Sequence record: CP049014.1
Length of the DNA: 32,000 bases
Reading direction: 5' to 3' (one strand)
The notes under the pieces: model-generated
Database searches by the model: none
What the model was told of the DNA's origin: nothing
Seen by the model: the letters and a program-made list of their open reading frames with translations, nothing else
In this document: positions 19,060-32,000 of the stretch, piece after piece
Numbering within the stretch: position 1 is the first letter of the stretch
Layout: each line of letters opens with the position of its first letter
Program-made: the position numbers and the translations under genes

Positions 19060-19530
19060 TTATATAAAATATTATATTATTAATAGGAAAGTCATAAATA
19101 TATAAATTATATTGTATAATTATATATATTATTCATTATATATATTATTAATTGTTTAATAATATAAAAAATATAACAGGATAATTATTATTATTATATA
19201 CAATATTAATAAAGTAATTAGTATAAATAAATAAAATGAAAATAAAACTTAATAAATATATTATTATATATTTTTAATCACTTTATAATTATTATTAATA
19301 GATTATTAGAAATATTATACTTTATATCTTTATAAAAATTAAGATATATTTTATAATATATTAATCTTATTTATAGTCGGGTCCGCCCCGCGGGCCGGAC
19401 GCCGAAGGAGTGAGGGACCCGCCCTCCCAAGGGCGGGACCGAACCCCTCGTTATATATAAAAGATATATAAAAGTTATATTATTATACAGAAATATGCTT
19501 AATTATAATATAATATCCATATAATTAATT
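19060..19530 (+). ncRNA. RPM1: Mitochondrial RNase P RNA (ends approximate)
   Basis: The two universally conserved P4 halves are present: aggaaagtcat at 19085-19095 and acagaaatatgcttaat at 19487-19503. Located between tRNA-fMet and tRNA-Pro, as in S. cerevisiae. Confidence 0.65.
19375..19452 (-). repeat. Two abutting GC clusters inside the RPM1 variable region
   Basis: agtcgggtccgccccgcgggccggacgccgaaggag (19375-19410) overlaps agtgagggacccgccctcccaagggcgggaccgaacccctcgtt (19409-19452; 6757 family copy 7). Confidence 0.85.
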
Positions 19531-19611
19531 AATTAATTAATAAATAGACTTTATATAAATATATATATATGTATTATTATTATTATATATAGTATATATT
19601 ATATATTAATA

Positions 19612-19683
19612 CAGATAGAAGCCAAAAGGTCAGGCGCTTTCTTTGGGAGAAAGACCTAGTTAGTTCGAGTCTATCCTATCTGA
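19612..19683 (+). tRNA. trnP: tRNA-Pro (anticodon UGG)
   Basis: cagatagaagccaaaaggtcaggcgctttctttgggagaaagacctagttagttcgagtctatcctatctga. Acceptor CAGATAG/CTATCTG. Anticodon arm CTTTC-TTTGGGA-GAAAG. Confidence 0.9.
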
Positions 19684-19789
19684 TAATAAAAAAAAAATAA
19701 AATTAAATCAAATATAAATATTCTTTATTCATATATATTATATTCTCCTAATGGTATACATGGAGTGAGATTTTATATATATATTCTTT

Positions 19790-19846
19790 AGCCCCGCTAG
19801 GAGTCCCGGGCCCCCCGGGGGGGCCCAATTGGTACCCCGCTAGGAG
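19790..19846. repeat. GC cluster (agcccc...taggag type)
   Basis: agccccgctaggagtcccgggccccccgggggggcccaattggtaccccgctaggag. Confidence 0.8.
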
Positions 19847-19990
19847 TTAAATTATTATTATTATAAAATATTTTATGAAACTTTATAATTAATTAATATT
19901 ATTAGATATATTATCTATATTAAATATATTATATATTGTCATAACTTATTAAATTTATTAAAATATAAAATAAGGACATATCTTTATATT

Positions 19991-20030
19991 TCTCCTTCGT
20001 CCCCCCCCCCCCGCGGGGGCGGGCCGGACT
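19991..20030 (+). repeat. GC cluster
   Basis: tctccttcgtccccccccccccgcgggggcgggccggact. Confidence 0.8.
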
Positions 20031-20189
20031 ATAATTATTTATTATATATTATTATTATTATTTATTATATATTATTATTATTATTTATTATTATTATATA
20101 ATCTCATATAAGATTCCTATTATATATTATATAAGATCTATCTATTGTATTAAATATATTATATTTTATATATTTAATCTTATATATTT

Positions 20190-20242
20190 TCCTACGGTGT
20201 CCGCCCGCTATGCTCCGCTATGCTCCGCTACGCGGGCGGGAC
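20190..20242 (+). repeat. GC cluster with (GCTATGCTCC) micro-repeat
   Basis: tcctacggtgtccgcccgctatgctccgctatgctccgctacgcgggcgggact. Confidence 0.8.
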
Positions 20243-20477
20243 TTTATTTATATAAAATATATATCCTATTAAAACATATTATATTGATTTAATATTATTA
20301 TTAGTCTCAGTATTAATTATATTTATATATATATTAGTTTCTCGTATCGGGACTCCTATATTAATTATATATTATATATAATCTATTGAAAATAACTATT
20401 AAAGTAAATTATTATATTATTATGTATATTCTTATTAATATTTTTAATAATATAAATTCTTATTAATATTTATTAAT

Positions 20478-20579
20478 TCTCCTACAATTGGCGTCCGGTC
20501 CCCCCTATTAAAGTAAATTATTATTTATGATTATTTCTCCTACGGACTAATTTATTATATATAAATAGGAGGCCGGACT
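20478..20579 (+). repeat. Composite GC cluster with AT module (copy 4), itself interrupted by a mini cluster
   Basis: ttctcctacaattggcgtccggtcccccctatta-agtaaattattatttatgattattt[ctcctacggact]aatttattatatataaatag-gaggccggact. Confidence 0.75.
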
Positions 20580-21127
20580 TTATAATTATATATTATATTA
20601 TTTATATATATATATGATATAGTTAGTATATTAACTATATTTATAATTATTGGTTATATATTATTATCATTATTATTATTATATTATTTTATATAAGGTT
20701 ATTATTATTATATTATTTCATATAAGGTTATTACTATATTATACCTTTATATAAGATATATATAGTATTAAATATATATATAGTCATTTAATATTATTAT
20801 TAGTTTCAGTAATTATTATTATTATATTAATATATATATTACTTTCTCTTATCGGGACTCCTATATTAATTATTATAATATTTTATCATTATAAAATAAA
20901 ATAAGATATATTAAAGAGTAATTATTAAAATATTCATTATAGTATTTATTAATTATTTAATATTTTTATTAATTATTAATTATATTATCATAAGAAGTAT
21001 TACATAATATATATTCTTATTAATTTGTAATATTTAATATATATATTTTTTATATTCTTATTAATTTATTATATTATTTTTATAAAAAAGTTATTATATA
21101 AAACCCGACTTTATATTATTTATTTAT

Positions 21128-21169
21128 AGTCCCGGGCCTGGACGGGCTCAATTGGGACCCCGAGAGGAG
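21128..21169. repeat. GC cluster
   Basis: agtcccgggcctggacgggctcaattgggaccccgagaggag. Confidence 0.8.
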
Positions 21170-21385
21170 GTATATATTATATATAATTCATTATATTAAT
21201 TTAATTTAATATTATTATTCTTTAATACTTTTAATAACTTATAATTATACAAGAGAAGAATATATATATATATTTGAAGTATATATATTTAATTATAACC
21301 TAACCTTTAAGATGTTATAAAATATAATTTATTATATTATTATTTTATTATTATTAAAATATAATCTATTATAAGGTTTTATATT

Positions 21386-21422
21386 AGCCCCGGGCCCGTA
21401 GGACCCGGGACCCCGCAAGGAG
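21386..21422. repeat. GC cluster
   Basis: agccccgggcccgtaggacccgggaccccgcaaggag. Confidence 0.8.
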
Positions 21423-21708
21423 TTATTAAAATATATATTAAAAGATATTATATTAAATTAAATATTATTATTTATAATTATTAATCATTAAAGAAGTTAT
21501 TTAAATAGAATATTATTAATTATTTTAACCTTATTACTAGAAGTTTTACATATTATATATAGTCGGGTTTTATATATATATAGGATATAATAAAAATATT
21601 AAATATTATCATTATTTGTTATATAATTTTTATATAAACATATATATACTTATTTTATATTATTTTATATTATATATTATTATAAGAATATTCTTTTTAT
21701 AATATAAT

Positions 21709-21748
21709 ATCCATATCCATATCCATATCCATATCCATATTCATATCC
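21709..21748. repeat. (ATCCAT)n hexanucleotide microsatellite, ~6.5 units
   Basis: Five perfect atccat units, then attcat and atcc. Confidence 0.9.
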
Positions 21749-22773
21749 TATAGGGCTTTATATTATTTATTCATAATACGTAAATATTATTAATCCTATT
21801 AAGTATAATCATTAATTTTTTATATATATATTATCCTTTAGATATATTTATATAAGATATATATATTACCAATAATATATTATTTATTCCTCTCATTAAG
21901 AATAGTTATTATATTCTTATACATATAAGTTTCTCCCCGATATTAATTATTATAATATTAGTTATATAATTATTTAATATTCATATAATATTTATTCACT
22001 ATTTAATCTCATATCTATTATTAGGAGTATTACATAATATATAGTATTAGTTTGTATATATATGATATAGTTAATATATTAAATATAATCATTATTTATT
22101 ATATTATTGAAATATAAATATATAGGATATATCCTTATTTTATATTTTCAATAATTAGTTATTATATAATTGTCATTTTATTATTATTATTATATAATAT
22201 AATCTTAATATTATCCTATGGGACTTTATTTAATTTAATTTAATATAATGTATTATAAATCATTATATTTAACCTATAATTAAATATAATTAATAAATAA
22301 TTATACATATAATATTTTATATATATATAATTTATATAATATTCTTATAATAGTCTAGTTAATAATCTAACCTTTTATTAAAAATAAGAAATATATAATT
22401 AAGAAAGAATTAATAATTATAATCTTAACTATAATCTTTATAATATAATTAATATTAAGATTAGTTTAAGTATATATATTAAAGATATAAATAATTATAA
22501 TATATTAGTTATAATTGAAATATAAACATATAGTCGGGTATATCCTTATTTTATATTTTAATTATTATGTATTATCAATTTATTGTTATATTATAATTTT
22601 ATTATTAAAAATAATATAAATAATTTATTAAATTAAATAAATATCATAAGTATAATATAATATTATCTATTTAAGACTATTAATAATAATTATATAGTTC
22701 TATAATAAATAATTATTATTTAAAATATATTAATAGAATAAGGTATATCTTCAATAATAATAAAAAAGTGTAT

Positions 22774-22782
22774 TTATAAGTA
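22774..22782 (+). promoter_or_regulatory. Nonanucleotide promoter TTATAAGTA (candidate COX1 promoter)
   Basis: Consensus match, 286 nt upstream of the COX1 ATG. It is the only match in the tRNA-Pro/COX1 spacer. Confidence 0.6.
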
Positions 22783-23067
22783 ATATGTATAATAATAATA
22801 TTATTAATATTTAATTAATAATATAAATTTCATTAATAAGTTATTTAATAATATAATTAATGATTTTTCTGAAAAGAGTGTATATATATATTATATATAA
22901 ACTATGATACGTTTTATAAAACAATATATATATATATATAAATATTTATTATACTATTACTTTATGTTTATCATAAAGATATAAAAAAAATAGTTTAAAG
23001 TTATAACTAGAATATTATAAATATTATAATATTAATAAAATTAATATATAAATAAAAAAAAATAAAA

Positions 23068-31544
<8,477 letters not shown>

Positions 31545-31585
31545 TCTTATATTATTTAATTTTAATATAATTTTTATTATTTTAT

Positions 31586-31597
31586 AATAATATTCTT
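31586..31597 (+). promoter_or_regulatory. mRNA 3'-end processing dodecamer AATAATATTCTT (COX1)
   Basis: Exact match, 42 nt after the COX1 stop. Confidence 0.75.
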
Positions 31598-31656
31598 ATT
31601 AATATTACATATATATATATATTTATTTATTTATTTATTTATATATATATATATAT

Positions 31657-31705
31657 ACTAGGGGTTCGGTCCCGCCCTCCCATAAGGGAGGGCGGATCCC
31701 TCACT
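31657..31705 (+). repeat. GC cluster, 6757 family, copy 9
   Basis: actaggggttcggtcccgccctcccataagggagggcggatccctcact. Confidence 0.85.
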
Positions 31706-31939
31706 TTTTACATATAATTATTAATAATATAAATATAAATACTTTATATTTATATTATGTCAGTTATTTATAATAATCTTAATCTATTTATTATATTTAG
31801 TTACTACTAAAATAAATTATTTATATTAATTATTACTATATCAAACCTATATATTATATTTATAATTAATTATTACTATATCAAACTTATATATTATATT
31901 GATAATATATTATACATTATATTTATATTATTTATTTAT

Positions 31940-31976
31940 AGCCCCGGGTCCAGACGGACCCGTGACCCCACAAGGA
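31940..31976. repeat. GC cluster
   Basis: agccccgggtccagacggacccgtgaccccacaaggag. Confidence 0.8.
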
Positions 31977-32000
31977 GTATATTATATCCTTTTTTATTAT

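Overview
This window is Saccharomyces-type yeast mitochondrial DNA. It is extremely AT-rich, with short palindromic GC clusters. It only makes sense under the yeast mitochondrial code: TGA sits at conserved Trp positions, CTN at Thr positions and ATA at Met positions. That is why the supplied ORF track, which treats TGA as a stop, fragments the genes. All genes are on the + strand except one tRNA.

Gene order:
- 3' part of COX2, overlapped by a decayed free-standing LAGLIDADG ORF
- tRNA-Phe, tRNA-Thr(UAG, minus strand), tRNA-Val
- COX3
- an ~8 kb gene-free spacer with many GC clusters, one complete ori/rep element and orphan ori-like hairpins
- tRNA-Glu
- COB (3 exons, 2 group I introns)
- tRNA-fMet, RNase P RNA (RPM1), tRNA-Pro
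- a 3.4 kb repeat-rich spacer
- complete COX1 (6 exons; 2 group II and 3 group I introns)

The exon joins reproduce exactly 385 codons for COB and 534 codons for COX1. Nonanucleotide promoters (WTATAAGTA) precede the transcription units. The AATAATATTCTT dodecamer follows COX2, COX3, COB and COX1.

Gene order and intron complement differ from the S. cerevisiae S288C arrangement as I remember it, so this is probably another Saccharomyces species or lineage. I cannot name it.

I see no evidence of a novel multi-gene system. The points worth following up concern selfish elements:
- a mix of intact and decaying intron-encoded or free-standing endonuclease and RT genes
- an exon-5-like pseudo-junction in the aI5beta-site intron
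- GC-cluster families, including one inserted in RPM1 and one read through inside an ORF
- composite clusters carrying a conserved AT module
- unusual perfect palindromes
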